A program made the translations under genes and the position numbers. The notes under the pieces were generated by a model. That model ran no database searches and was not told where the DNA came from. It saw only the letters and a list, made by a program, of their open reading frames with translations. From the NCBI GenBank assembly GCA_963782525.1, contig CAWAKC010000003.1, forward strand, positions 224,001 to 288,000: DNA of 64,000 nucleotides, given 5' to 3'. Each line of letters begins with the position of its first letter. The first letter of the stretch is position 1. Positions 1 to 11,074 of this stretch are shown here, piece after piece. Origin of the DNA: Candidatus Bathyarchaeota archaeon. GTDB lineage: Archaea; Thermoproteota; Bathyarchaeia; Bathyarchaeales; Bathycorpusculaceae.

Positions 1-752
1 AACCCATTATCTTTGACATGACGTTTATGTTTGCGCCGGCACTCGGAGTACGTGCTAATGCATTGTACAATTGCGTTTCATAGTTCTTGATTATTTCATC
101 AAAAGCTTTGTGCTCTTGGTTTGCCGCCAACTTCCCCAAGATCCTAAGCTCCGTCTGATTGTAAGCTGTAAATAAGTACTTGTTATCAGCTTGAAATTTC
201 ACTAGATCTCTAACTTTCCCGGATTTTTTTACTTCTCTAAAACTAGCTAAAGTAAATAGTTTCGTGAGAAAATGCTCCCTTATCCTCGGATTAAGCAGGC
301 GGCGCTCATCTTCAATTGCCAAATTCGGAAATTTCTGGAGAACTGCTCCTCCAAAGAAGCCAGGGGCTTTCTCTATTGATGAGACTTTTTCGATGCTTGG
401 ATACACTTTTACGTTTTTGAAACCACTACTCGGAGACGCACTCTTGAGGATAAAACCATCAACTGCATCCAAAGAATCCAAGAAATAATCTGAGAACTTT
501 GTCATTTTATCGGTGAAGTCAAAACCGGTAGCTGGTTGCAGGAGTTTTTTTTCTCCGTTTACTAATACTATTCTGATAGGGTCGCGGGGGTACGCCAAGT
601 CCTATTTCAACTTCTGGACAAACTGGAACAAAATTTACGTACGGCTTAAGTTTCTCAACGAATTCGCTAGCTATTATTTGCCCGTTCCATCTAACGGGTT
701 CGAAAGTGATGCATTTGGAAACTACAACAACAGGTTTGGGGAATTCCCTCAT
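1..752 (-). CDS. DUF523/DUF1722 (YbbK-YbgA, 2-thiouracil desulfurase-like) protein; frameshifted, runs off the window
   Basis: VSKC..VRWNG..PVCPEVEIGLGVPR. After a one-base shift in the G5 run at ~586-590 the frame continues DPIRIV...DGFILKSASPSSG...EDERRL. Confidence 0.85.
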
Positions 753-938
753 TTAGCGCCCTCGTTTTGCTCCGAGTGATAATTGAAAAAATGAGAGGTT
801 GCGTGTTTCATAAGTCTTCTTATCGCTGGCAGAATAGGCTTTTCAGAAATAAAATTAGTCTTTCCAAACTCTTCTAAGACTTTGCAGTCTTCGATTGCCT
901 TATATATTTAGAGCAAAGAATAAGTTTCGGAGATTCTG

Positions 939-1724
939 ATGACAAATAATAATTCAAGCGTTCTAAGATATGCGAACATACTATTTTTTGCCTTAACAAT
1001 AATAGTTAACAGTTTGGCTGGAAGCTCAACAATTATTGGTGGCAGGAATACTGCTCAAATCTCCGATGCCAACCCGACTCTAATAACTCCTGCTGGCTAC
1101 GTATTCTCCATATGGGGAATCATCTACATTCTGCTTGGAGCTTTTGTAGTTTACCAAGCATTGCCCAAACAACAGGGAAAAGACTACCAGAAAAGAATCG
1201 GTTGGCTCTTTGTTCTAAGCAGCATAATAAATATTGCTTGGATTTTCGTCTGGCAATTTGAATATCTTGCTCTATCGGTTTTGCTTATCTTCGCGTTACT
1301 CTTAACGTTGATTGCCATTTACATTCGCATTGGTGTTGGAAAGTCTAAAGCCCAGTTGAGTGAGAAACTTGCAGTTCACCTTCCTTTCAGCGTCTACTTA
1401 GGCTGGATAACTATTGCTTCAATAGCTGATATTGCCGCAACCTTGGTTTCTTACAATTGGAATGGTTTTGGTTTAAGCCCAGAGACATGGGCTATTGTGG
1501 TTGTTGCAGTGGCTCTGATAATTACAATTCTAATGCTGGCTATTCGAAAAGATGTGGCTTATTCACTTGTAGTCATTTGGGCTTTGGTTGGCATAGGAGT
1601 AAGTCATAGCGTCAATCAATCAGTTGTTACATTAACCGAAATAGGTGCTGCAATTGTTGCTATTGCCATAATTGTAACTATTTCTTTATCTTTGCTAAGA
1701 CATAAGAAAACAACAGCATCTTAA
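939..1724 (+). CDS. TspO/MBR-like tryptophan-rich membrane protein
   Basis: ITPAGYVFSIWGIIY and PFSVYLGWITIA motifs; multiple TM segments. Confidence 0.8.
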   Translation: MTNNNSSVLRYANILFFALTIIVNSLAGSSTIIGGRNTAQISDANPTLITPAGYVFSIWGIIYILLGAFVVYQALPKQQGKDYQKRIGWLFVLSSIINIAWIFVWQFEYLALSVLLIFALLLTLIAIYIRIGVGKSKAQLSEKLAVHLPFSVYLGWITIASIADIAATLVSYNWNGFGLSPETWAIVVVAVALIITILMLAIRKDVAYSLVVIWALVGIGVSHSVNQSVVTLTEIGAAIVAIAIIVTISLSLLRHKKTTAS

Positions 1725-1754
1725 TCAGTTATCTTGGGGTGTTTCAGTAAACTT

Positions 1755-2324
1755 ATGGTACAAACCGTAAATTATGAAATCATAAGAAAAATAGACAACG
1801 TTGAGATTCGACGCTATCCTAGAATCGTAATTGCTAAAGTAGCCAACCATGAATCAGATAGTTTTGGCCTTCTTTTTCGATTCATTTCAGGAAATAACAA
1901 AGAAAAAGAAAAAGTCAAAATGACTACTCCCGTGGTCTCACAGGAACCTTCAAAAGAAATTAAGATGACGTCACCTGTACTTTCAGATTTCTCAAATGAA
2001 GGCTACATGGCTTTTGTTATGCCTTCTGAATTTAGTTTTGATACAACCCCATTTCCCTTAGATAGCAGGGTCAAAATAGAAGAGTTGCCTCCAAGGTCAG
2101 TAGCTGTTTTGCGTTTCTCCGGAAGTTGGTCTGAGACTCACTTTGAAGAAAAAACCAAAGAGCTACTACAAGAGATAGCTAACGCAAAAGTGAAAACGAA
2201 AGGCCATGTCTTTACGATGCTTTATAATCCACCGTTCACTCCAAGTTTTCTGCGAAGAAACGAAGTAGCCGTAGAAGTAGAACTCTCGCCTTCAAAATCA
2301 AGCAGGTCAACAAAGCATATTTAG
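1755..2324 (+). CDS. SOUL heme-binding protein
   Basis: EIRRYP, LFRFISGNN, KMTTPV, AVLRFSG, YNPPFTPSFLRRNEV. Confidence 0.9.
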   Translation: MVQTVNYEIIRKIDNVEIRRYPRIVIAKVANHESDSFGLLFRFISGNNKEKEKVKMTTPVVSQEPSKEIKMTSPVLSDFSNEGYMAFVMPSEFSFDTTPFPLDSRVKIEELPPRSVAVLRFSGSWSETHFEEKTKELLQEIANAKVKTKGHVFTMLYNPPFTPSFLRRNEVAVEVELSPSKSSRSTKHI

Positions 2325-2344
2325 ATTGATTCCTGTCCTTGAAG

Positions 2345-3081
2345 CTACGTCAGTTTTTGTAATAATTCTACTGTAGCGTTTAACGTTTGGCTTTGTTGGG
2401 CTTCTCTTGTTATTGTAGCCGGATTGTCTCCTGATTGATCGCCGTAATATCCGAATTGCGCATGGTTTCCTCCCGCTATTTCAACATAAACTGTTATTGG
2501 GGGAAGCATCTCCCGAGAATTCAGTATTTGGGAAGTACTTACCAATCCATCGTTACTACCGTGAACAGTAGTTACTAACAGATCGTATTTTGACAGGTTA
2601 TTTCCAGATGCAGGATATGCCGCCCAGAGTACAAGTCCTTGTATTTTCGATGGGTTTTGGTAAGCGAACTGGGCAGCCATGGTTCCTCCAAGAGAGTGTC
2701 CGCCAATTGCCCAAGAGGTAATCTCCGGATGAGATGCGATTACATCGTTTGCCGCATTCGCTCCCAGGACTGCTAAATTAAGAGGCATAGGCACGATAAC
2801 TGCCAAGTATCCTTCATTAGCTATTGCATGAGCAAGCGGTGCATATGAACGGTAATCTACCCTTCCACCGGGATAAATAATCAAGCCTGTGGTGTAATTG
2901 GTGGTTGTGGGTTTAAAAGTCAACCATTGACCGCTTATCACTGTGACGTTTGAATCGGATTGTAATGCGTTGATGGCTTGCTTCATTGGCGACGGGGGGT
3001 TTCAGCCCACACAATAAATCCTGTGAAAATCACTAAGGCAACAAGCAGAGCAATTATCAGTATTTTGTAGCGTCTACGCAA
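2345..3081 (-). CDS. Alpha/beta hydrolase with N-terminal TM anchor; frameshift in the G6 run at 2994-2999
   Basis: IYPGGRV, GGHSLGG nucleophile elbow, GGNHAQFG. Upstream TTG-start segment MRRRYKILIIALLVALVIFTGFIVWAETP is one base out of frame. Confidence 0.85.
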
Positions 3082-3280
3082 TTACATCTTCTCCTATTTA
3101 TTAAGCTGCTTTCTAAGTCTAAAAGGCTTCTTTTTGTGACAGACGATGCAATACCTTGATTTGAAGTCTATTTACTTTTTGTAGATAGGTTAGCAGTGCG
3201 AATAATCCTGCCAGTCCATTCGGAATCGATATTCCTAAATAGAAAAAATTGCTAAATAAGAAAACATAGGGTGCAGTGTT

Positions 3281-3787
3281 ATGAGTTCTGAATCAAGAGA
3301 TCAAACATTCGTTAAGAAACAAATGCCAACCAAATTTTTGGAGGAGCGCATTATTGAGTTTCTTAAGAAACAAAACATGTGCGTTCTTGCTACTTGTGGC
3401 GATGGGCTTCCTAGGGCTACTCCGATTGAGTATCACTCCAAAGGAATCACTATTTACTTCGTGGGTGAACCAGGCGAAAAAATAAAGAACATAACGGATA
3501 ATCCCAACGTTAGCATAGGTATTTTTCTCCCGTACACAGGTTGGGATAGCGCCAAGGGTGCCCAAATAACTGGAAGAGCAAAAATTATCTCCAGACAAGA
3601 CCATGATGGCCTCAGAGAAGGCTTAGAAGCATACCAATGGGAAAAAACAGCGAAGCAGTTGAACATAAAAGAGTTTCCCAAAACAGTAGAGCTAGTAAAA
3701 GTTGATCCTGAAAAAATAGAGTACGTTGACATTTCGTTGAAGAAAATGGGCTATAGCCCACGGCAAACTCTCGTATTGCTTAACTAA
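3281..3787 (+). CDS. Pyridoxamine 5'-phosphate oxidase-family FMN-binding protein
   Basis: CVLAT..GLPRATP, KIKNITDNPNVS, GAQITGRA. Confidence 0.8.
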   Translation: MSSESRDQTFVKKQMPTKFLEERIIEFLKKQNMCVLATCGDGLPRATPIEYHSKGITIYFVGEPGEKIKNITDNPNVSIGIFLPYTGWDSAKGAQITGRAKIISRQDHDGLREGLEAYQWEKTAKQLNIKEFPKTVELVKVDPEKIEYVDISLKKMGYSPRQTLVLLN

Positions 3788-3801
3788 CAAAGACCTGTAG
3801 G

Positions 3802-4650
3802 TTAGGCGGAGGGTAAGTTAAGCATGGTAGTCGTTTCATTCCATAATCGCTTTTGGAGTGACTCATCATAAGATGTTAGGCAAGTAGCGCTTTCTTTTTT
3901 CTTAGCAAAGCATTTTCCAGTGACATCCCTTACCTCGTTGGATGAGGCTAAATAGACTGATGTTTCTGCCCCTTTCTTTGCATTAATCTGCATTGGGCGA
4001 ACCATCTTGAACATGATAGAAGACCGTAAGCTTCCGCTGTTTTTTCCAAGATTAGTAGCTACAAAACCCGGCATCAAAACATTTGCTGTAACTCCACTTC
4101 CCACCAACCGCCTAGCCAACTCATAAGTAAACATCATAAGCATCAACTTCGCATTTGAATAAACTTGCATTCCCTTGTAATCTTTCACACTTTGCAGGTC
4201 ATCAAAATTAACTTTACCATTCTTCGCTAACCCAGAGCTTACATTAATTATTCTAGAAGGCGCACTGACCTTTAGTAAGTCTAGCAACTTATTCGTCAAA
4301 AGGAACGGCGCCAAATAATCTACCGCAAATGTACGTTCAAAATCCTCAGGCGTAACCTCACGTTTACTGAATTCTCCGCCAGCATTGTTAACCAATACCT
4401 CCAATCGACTGTATTTTTTCTTAAATTCCCTTGAAAAATCTCTTATCGACGCCATCGATGACATATCACATAACATCAGACTAACAGATTTATTACCGGT
4501 CTTTTCGATTATTTCAGCTAATGCTTTTTCTCCCTTCTCTTGATTACGAACAACCATTACAACCGTGGCGCCCATTTCTGCTAAAGCAAAAGCGGTCTCT
4601 TTGCCTATCCCCGAGTTACTGCCAGTAACAATACAAATCTTACCAGACAT
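3802..4650 (-). CDS. SDR family oxidoreductase (retinol dehydrogenase-like)
   Basis: TGSNSGIG, NNAG, YSNAK (YxxxK), PGFVATNL. Confidence 0.92.
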   Translation of the reverse strand: MSGKICIVTGSNSGIGKETAFALAEMGATVVMVVRNQEKGEKALAEIIEKTGNKSVSLMLCDMSSMASIRDFSREFKKKYSRLEVLVNNAGGEFSKREVTPEDFERTFAVDYLAPFLLTNKLLDLLKVSAPSRIINVSSGLAKNGKVNFDDLQSVKDYKGMQVYSNAKLMLMMFTYELARRLVGSGVTANVLMPGFVATNLGKNSGSLRSSIMFKMVRPMQINAKKGAETSVYLASSNEVRDVTGKCFAKKKESATCLTSYDESLQKRLWNETTTMLNLPSA

Positions 4651-5200
4651 CGCCAAATTGCATCATCACTACTCAATATATACGGAACCAAATAAAAAAC
4701 TGCTCATAGGTAACTCTTTGGCAATTCTATGCCTCGAAGCTCGAGTTGTACCTGCAGAATCGTGTAAATCAAAATTTTTTCTATGTAAGTTTCTCTTGAA
4801 GCTTCACATTCAAAACCATTGAGCATCCAATGCTCCAGATCATCGCCGAATTTCACGTCTTAGACGTCTAAATTTGATAAATATTAACAAGTGGCAAATA
4901 CTCAGAGGCTCAGGTTACAGTGCGAAAACACCCAGTAAGCATAGCCTTTTCCAATCGCGTATTAGAGAAAATAGATAAAGAAGCCTCAAAACAAAAAAGA
5001 TCCAGAAGCGAATATGTAGAACTGCACTTGAGAGTATGTTTTTTAGACTACCAGCGATAGAGAACGAAATAAAAATGAAACCAATGTAAGCGCGCGCTGC
5101 AACGCTTATAGGTTTTTTGCAGAATTCGAGAAATTTGAAGCTTGCAGATGCAAAAACATCTGTTTAATAGACACGGTGTAAGCAAGATTTTAGGGATTTT

Positions 5201-5410
5201 ATGAGCAACAAAGAAAAGAAGAGAAAAGCCGACTCCACAATAAGCAAGGATCCTAAAGAAAAAGACAAGACTGCTATAAGCGAAAGAGAGCGATTCAAAG
5301 GCAAGTTGAACAAGGCAGAAAACAAAGCTCAAGAAACTATTATTAAAGCAAGAAGTAAGAACCAAGGTCACGAAGCCGTTTCCGACCAGAAGTCACACGA
5401 ATACCACTAA
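5201..5410 (+). CDS. Small highly charged (hydrophilin-like) hypothetical protein
   Basis: 69-aa ATG ORF, Lys/Glu rich. Confidence 0.55.
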   Translation: MSNKEKKRKADSTISKDPKEKDKTAISERERFKGKLNKAENKAQETIIKARSKNQGHEAVSDQKSHEYH

Positions 5411-5664
5411 ACGCAAACATTCACTGAACCGTTTATGCTACTTGCCGTTGACAATACTAAGCTCCTAATCAATTTTTATTCTCCTTCAGTTTTCCCCATG
5501 ATTCCGTGACAAAGCTTAGATAGCCCAATGCCAGTATCTTTTCTCCGCAAAATTTTGGGACTTTACCTATTCAGACCTACAATTCGGCTGAGTTATCATA
5601 ATCATACAATTTGATAAAAAAAATCAAAATCGTCAGGTTTGAGCTAAGGGGCTCGTACCCAATT

Positions 5665-6340
5665 CAGACTGTGTAAAAACTTAGATCACGACGTTATTCC
5701 ACTCGAAGCTTATACTCCCAGGCAACGCCTGCTTAATCCTTTTCTGGCCTTTTTCACGACTTCAACAAAGCAATCAGTAATCCCACTCCAAGGATGTTGA
5801 TAGCTCTCCTCATGTTGTAAGCTAACATGGTGAACCCAACTTCTCCTTTAACCTTCCGAAGTCCCTTCAAAAGAAGATAACCCTGATTAAACGCCCTCTT
5901 CATCGTCCCAAACGGATGCTCCACCAACATCCGTCGCAAACGCAAGTTCCTTTTCCCTTCAGAACTCTCCAACCTTGCCCTGAGCCGCTCAACCGAACCC
6001 TCATACTCCGACCTATAAATTATCCTTCCACGCTTGTTCCTCGTGCACCTCTCCCTCAAAGAGCAGGAAAAGCAAGACCTAGTTCTATAGAGCCTACCGC
6101 CTACATCCTTACCTTTAGAGCTGCGCTTCCAAAACCTCATTTCCCATCCAGCAGGACAAGTATAAACATCTCTGACAGAATCGTACGCAAACAAGTCAGT
6201 GTAAAACTCAGGCTCTGGCACACCAAAACGCATATGCGGATTCACAACAGCGGGAATCGGCATAAACACCCTCAAGCCTTCAGCCTCGCAGCAGGCAAAC
6301 CAGTGGAACACTACTGCTTTAACGGTAAAGCCGTCTAAAA
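5665..6340 (-). mobile_element. IS1182-family remnant (3' part of transposase plus one terminal IR)
   Basis: IR cagactgtgtaaaaact at 5665. ORF 5754-6311 has YTCPAG, C..C..RERCT, VEHPFGTMKR, AYNMRR. The left boundary is approximate. Confidence 0.85.
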
Positions 6341-6468
6341 CGAGAGCGACCTGTGAATTTTCTATTTCTTTTTTTAACTTTTTCTGCTAGAAGCAAAAAA
6401 TAGGTGCTTTGCAACAGTAAGGATAATTCTTAATTATTCAATAATGCAATTTACCCGATGGGATTTAC

Positions 6469-6639
6469 ATGGTTAACGAGTTTAGAAAACGTATTGACCT
6501 TTTGGGGCTCGATGAGGAAAATAAGAAGAAAGTCATCGAGTTAATCGAGGAAGCAGGAAGGGAATTTCCATGTTTAGCATGTCCTTCAAAAGATACCTGC
6601 GAAAACTTCAAGTGGTACATAAAATGGCTTAGCAATTAG
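6469..6639 (+). CDS. Small Cys-motif protein (CxxCxxxxxC), 56 aa; below the ORF-track cutoff
   Basis: MVNEFRKRIDLLGLDEENKKKVIELIEEAGREFPCLACPSKDTCENFKWYIKWLSN. Confidence 0.65.
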   Translation: MVNEFRKRIDLLGLDEENKKKVIELIEEAGREFPCLACPSKDTCENFKWYIKWLSN

Positions 6640-6983
6640 CCACAACCTTAGCGGAGGCTTTAGTCGGAAAGTTTTTAGCCGTTCAAATTAAAGAGAAATC
6701 ATCGTAGTTTTCAACTCCTTTGTACGTGCCACCAGGGCAAAAAGCGCGGGGTATCAGGGCACATTAACCATAGATAGAGAGTAAATGTTAATTGGGAATG
6801 ATTTTTACTGGTAAATTGGGGCTAGTACCCCCACTCAGCGCCTAGAGTAAAAAATCAGAAGTTCAAGTGTTAAGAAAAGTTTTGAACCATTTTGGGTATG
6901 GGGACGGGCGCCTTCAAACTTGGTCAAAATTTGCAAAGATTAGTCTTATTCAATGAGTTTGAGTAAGGGACCCATACCGTGTA

Positions 6984-8606
6984 CAGACTGTGTTAAAACT
7001 CACCGCTAAAGCCTGAGATATCTGGCGCCTAATCTCTTGTCTTCGATTACCTGCACTTACTTTCTTTTTCCTTACGCTTTAATCAAACCTATTAGCATTC
7101 CAACTCCAAGAATATTGATAGCCCTTCTCATATTGTAAGCCAACATAGTGAAACCAACCTCTCCTCTCACTTTCCTAAGACCCTTCAAAAGCACATAACC
7201 CTGATTAAAAGCCCGCTTCATCGTCCCAAACGGATGCTCCGCCAACAACCGCCTCAAACGAAGCATCTTTTTGCCCTCCGAACCCTTCAACCGCTCCCTT
7301 AAACGATCAACCGCCCCATCATATTCACCCCTGAACATATACCGTCCACGCTTATTCCTAGTACACCTACCTCTCACCAAACAAGAATCACAACACCTCG
7401 ACCTATACAGCCTACCATCAAAACCTTTGCCGCGGTTACTACGCTTCCAAAAAGGCATCTCATTTCCCACAGGACAAACATACACGTCCTTAGCGGCATC
7501 ATAAACAAATTTGTCAGAGTAAAATTCAGGCTCAGGAATGCCAACGCTCTTGTATGGATTCAAAGCCCCAGGTATAGGCATGAAAAGGGTATATTATTAT
7601 CCTCACAACCTGCAACATCTTTCTCGACGTAGAAACCCTTGTCACTCAAAACAGCTAGCCTATCCACACCTAAGGTTTCCTTCGCTGCTAAAGCGTCCTT
7701 AACCAGCTGATGGTGATCAGTGGAGATATTTATCACGTCATAATCGACAATGAGGTGCTGTTTTGCATCAACGGAAGTTTGAATATTGTAGCCAACTTCA
7801 AGCCGTTGACTATCAACTCGCATTAAACGGCTGTCTGGATCCACAAGTGAAACCTCCCTTTGGCCTGTAGCCTTCATCTGCTCTCGAATTTGCTCATATT
7901 GCTGCCTCTTCTCTTCAAGCTGGCCTATTTTTTCCCTAAGCTCATCAGCAGGTGCATTATCATCGTCCTCTGAATCGTTGGCATCATTAGAATCTAATTC
8001 GTTGAGGTATTGTGCTATCTTTTCCTCTGTCTGCTTAAGCCTCAACGCAACGGTTTTCTCGTTGAGGTTGTTGCTTTTTGAGTTGACAGCCCTAAATTTG
8101 GTTCCATCAATCGCTACAAGTTGCGCACCGTAAAGGTCCAAGCTCCTGCAGAGGTAAACGAATTCTTTGAATACTCCTTTGATGCAGTCTACGTTGTTTT
8201 TTCTGAAGTCTGCGATGGTTTTGAAGTCTGGAGACAGCTTTTTCATGAGCCACATGACTTCGACGTTGCGGTAGCATTCTTTCTCCAGTTTCCTGCTGGA
8301 TCTTACCTGGTTGAGGTAGCCATAAACATAGAGCTTGAGAAGGTCTGAAGGATTGTAAGATGGTCTTCCAGTGTCGGCCAGGCTTGAGTGTTTGAACCCC
8401 AACTTTTCCAAGTTGAGGCTTTCAACGAATGCGTCAATGAACCTGACGGGATTTTCTTTGTCAACATATTTGTCGATGGTGTCTGGAAACAGCACTGTTT
8501 GGTCTCTGTGAGTTCCGTTTACATGTTCGCTCATGGCTTTTCAGTTGTTCTGAAGCTAGCTTTAAGCTTAACGGTAAGTGGACTATAGGACTTTTCACAC
8601 AGTCTG
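6984..8606 (-). mobile_element. Full-length IS1182-family element
   Basis: Terminal IRs cagactgtgttaaaactc (6984) and gacttttcacacagtctg (8589-8606) bracket the transposase. Confidence 0.93.
7072..8534 (-). pseudogene. IS1182 DDE transposase split by a frameshift near 7585
   Basis: GRPSYNP..LLKLYVYGY..SSRKLE, PDFKTIADFR, IDGTK, DPDSRLM, GYNIQ, DKGF, then C-terminal EHPFGTMKR in another frame. Confidence 0.9.
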
Positions 8607-8691
8607 TGTCGGGGGTAAGTCCGGTACGGCCCACCAGCCAACCTTTAAATGCTTATTAGGAGCGGAAGAGAAATATTTTTAGTGAACTTTT

Positions 8692-8976
8692 ATGCATCGT
8701 AAAGCAATATTTGCCTTAGCAGGCGTTTTTCTAATTGTGGCATTAGTTGTTCCTCCAGTCCTTTTAATAATGGAATCTGATCATGACTTAGACAACTACA
8801 TCAATTCCCAGCAGAACCCAAACGGGTTACAAACAAACGGCAACATCACGATTACGGATGAAAGAAACGAAAATTTCCAAACATATTCATATGCAGCAAT
8901 CATCGAAGTTGTTTTTGTTGTCCTATTTGCGATTACACTGTTCTACGGAATAAATCAGCCTCACCCTAAACATTAG
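8692..8976 (+). CDS. Two-TM hypothetical membrane protein
   Basis: 94-aa ORF with two hydrophobic helices. Confidence 0.65.
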   Translation: MHRKAIFALAGVFLIVALVVPPVLLIMESDHDLDNYINSQQNPNGLQTNGNITITDERNENFQTYSYAAIIEVVFVVLFAITLFYGINQPHPKH

Positions 8977-9039
8977 GCGCAATACAGCCATTTCAGCTTG
9001 TTTCCAACCGGTAACCTATTTGTCAAGCATGCGCTAATT

Positions 9040-9063
9040 TGAAGTAGTGCAAACACAGTCACA
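9040..9063. promoter_or_regulatory. Palindrome motif site (right half perfect) abutting TATA tttataaa
   Basis: tgaagtag-tgcaaaca-CAGTCACA-aa-tttataaa, upstream of 9130. Confidence 0.6.
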
Positions 9064-9129
9064 AATTTATAAAAGCAGTTAGCTCGCAGATGCTTATAGT
9101 GCAGAACCTTTAGTTAGGAGGTGCAATTT

Positions 9130-9330
9130 ATGCCTGAAACATCCATTAACATCACTGAGAAGCTCCAGCAGATTGAAAAAACCGCCCAAGACTACAAAGA
9201 CGCCATCGTTAACCAATTCCAAGATCTGGAAGTCGAAGTTAAAGATTGGAACTTCTCAGTTGGAAAAGCCGAAAAAGAATACACTGTTGAAGTAAACCTT
9301 AAGCTTGGCATCCGCTCAAAAAAAGCTTAA
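9130..9330 (+). CDS. Small hypothetical protein, paralog of 51303-51512
   Basis: Shared F.D.EV.V..WNF.VGK motif; GGAGGTG RBS. Confidence 0.8.
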   Translation: MPETSINITEKLQQIEKTAQDYKDAIVNQFQDLEVEVKDWNFSVGKAEKEYTVEVNLKLGIRSKKA

Positions 9331-9376
9331 GCAGCCGTCAGGTTAAACCTGCACCCCTTTTCTTTCAAAATTCTTG

Positions 9377-10621
9377 TTAACTGATTGTTTGGTTCCAATA
9401 GTAAATTTCACTGTAATTTCCAGCAGCAACCAAAAACGCTGGATCATCGTAAACTATGTCCAATTTCAAGCCGTATCTGTTAAGAAGCAGCTGTGTAGCA
9501 TTCCAAATTATTGGCGATTTGTTGTCTGGACCCCAAAAACCCCAAATCCTATCGTTCAAGTTTCGCATTCCCCACCCGTAATCCTTGGGCAACACTAAAG
9601 CTGCCTCAGCGTGGATTGAATTGGGCGATGATTTGATTACGATTTGATTCCAGAAGTTCCGAAGTACCTGGAAATGTGCATCAGTCATTGCTCCTCCATA
9701 CTGGTCAATTTGGGTTCCGTTGGAATAGTTGAAGATAATGATATATTTTGCTCCAGCATTATAAGAGTCCACCATTTGCTGGTAAATGTTATCGGGCGTG
9801 TCAAGGTAAGGTGCTTGATTGTACTTCCATGTAATAATTATGCCCCAAGTTTTATTCTGCAATGTTGCTGCTCCGCGAACAAGCGCAATTTGCTGGTCAA
9901 CACTACTGTTCCAGCCTAACTGAGCCAATATAGTTTTGTACTCTCCAACATAGTCAAACCAATAAAGAGAATAGTCGGTGGTCAAATACGATAAGTTATA
10001 CTGTTTTAGGCTGATGACGCCTAGATTTTGTGTCAACATGAAATTAAACCATGTAGCTTCTAGCGTGTAATTATCTGGAAGAATCCCGCTTATCTTTGAA
10101 TCTTGCAGTTTGTCGTAGATCTTTTTTGTGTAAATCGATGAATTCCAATGCTGATTAACGTTGAAAGTAGTTTCTTGGAAGTATTTCGTCCAATTATAGT
10201 CCATTTCGATTCCGCCTGGTTCGTCATCATAGTAAACGCTCAAAAACTTGTTTCCATAAATGTAACGTGACTCATTGAGAAATTGGGCTTTTGCAGGCCA
10301 AGCGCCGGGAGTCCAAGTTCCCAAATTAATAATCAGGTATAAGCCTGAGTTGACGGCGTAATCGCAGATTTCCCTTGCAGCAGTCAGATTATCGCTTATG
10401 GGATTTATACCGCAGTCTAAAACAAAGACGTTGGTGTAGCTTTTAACACGGTCAATCAATGCATATGCTTGGCTTGTTGTGTTGCCGCAGAAAGCAACTC
10501 CGACGTAAACTTGGTCTTTTCCAGTATTACCGCTGCTTTGCGTATAGGAGAAAAGCAGTGACACAGTTGCCGTTACTATGATCATGATTAGGATAAGCGA
10601 GAGGATATGGATTCTTTTCAA
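9377..10621 (-). CDS. Membrane-anchored/secreted hypothetical protein (possibly glycoside hydrolase-like TIM barrel)
   Basis: N-terminal TM; YYDDEPGG; Trp/Tyr/Asn rich. Confidence 0.7.
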   Translation of the reverse strand: MKRIHILSLILIMIIVTATVSLLFSYTQSSGNTGKDQVYVGVAFCGNTTSQAYALIDRVKSYTNVFVLDCGINPISDNLTAAREICDYAVNSGLYLIINLGTWTPGAWPAKAQFLNESRYIYGNKFLSVYYDDEPGGIEMDYNWTKYFQETTFNVNQHWNSSIYTKKIYDKLQDSKISGILPDNYTLEATWFNFMLTQNLGVISLKQYNLSYLTTDYSLYWFDYVGEYKTILAQLGWNSSVDQQIALVRGAATLQNKTWGIIITWKYNQAPYLDTPDNIYQQMVDSYNAGAKYIIIFNYSNGTQIDQYGGAMTDAHFQVLRNFWNQIVIKSSPNSIHAEAALVLPKDYGWGMRNLNDRIWGFWGPDNKSPIIWNATQLLLNRYGLKLDIVYDDPAFLVAAGNYSEIYYWNQTIS

Positions 10622-10803
10622 TCGCTTATTTCTCCGTAGAGTTAAGCATGTTTAGCGTAACTTTCCTTTCCGTAATTATGCATCTTTATTGAATATAAAA
10701 GTTGTAATAATATGGAATTATATTGCTATACATCTTCAGCACCAAAACAGATAAAAACGTGGCTTTGCATCATCACAGCGAACTAACCAAGAAGGATAAA
10801 ACC

Positions 10804-11007
10804 ATGCCATCTGAAATTACTGATGTTGAAAAATTCGTGGCCATGAGCGCCAAAGCAAAACAATGCCAGGTCAAAAGGCTCAAGGACACCGTAAAATTGA
10901 AGCTTCGAACAGCCAGCCAACTTTACACTTTAAAGATTGAGCCGCTGAGAGCCGACGAAATCATAAAGAGGCTGCAGTGCGAAATTAAAGAAAAAGAAAA
11001 AGAATAA
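10804..11007 (+). CDS. rpl38e: Ribosomal protein eL38 (L38e)
   Basis: MPSEITDVEKF...VKRLKDTVKLKLRTASQLYTLK matches the eL38 pattern MP..I..IK.F...VK.K.R...LYTL. Confidence 0.8.
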   Translation: MPSEITDVEKFVAMSAKAKQCQVKRLKDTVKLKLRTASQLYTLKIEPLRADEIIKRLQCEIKEKEKE

Positions 11008-11074
11008 TCAGTTTTTTACTATTTTGTTCTTTGTTCCTTATTTTAAGCTTACAATATTCTTTTGAGCTTGTTCG

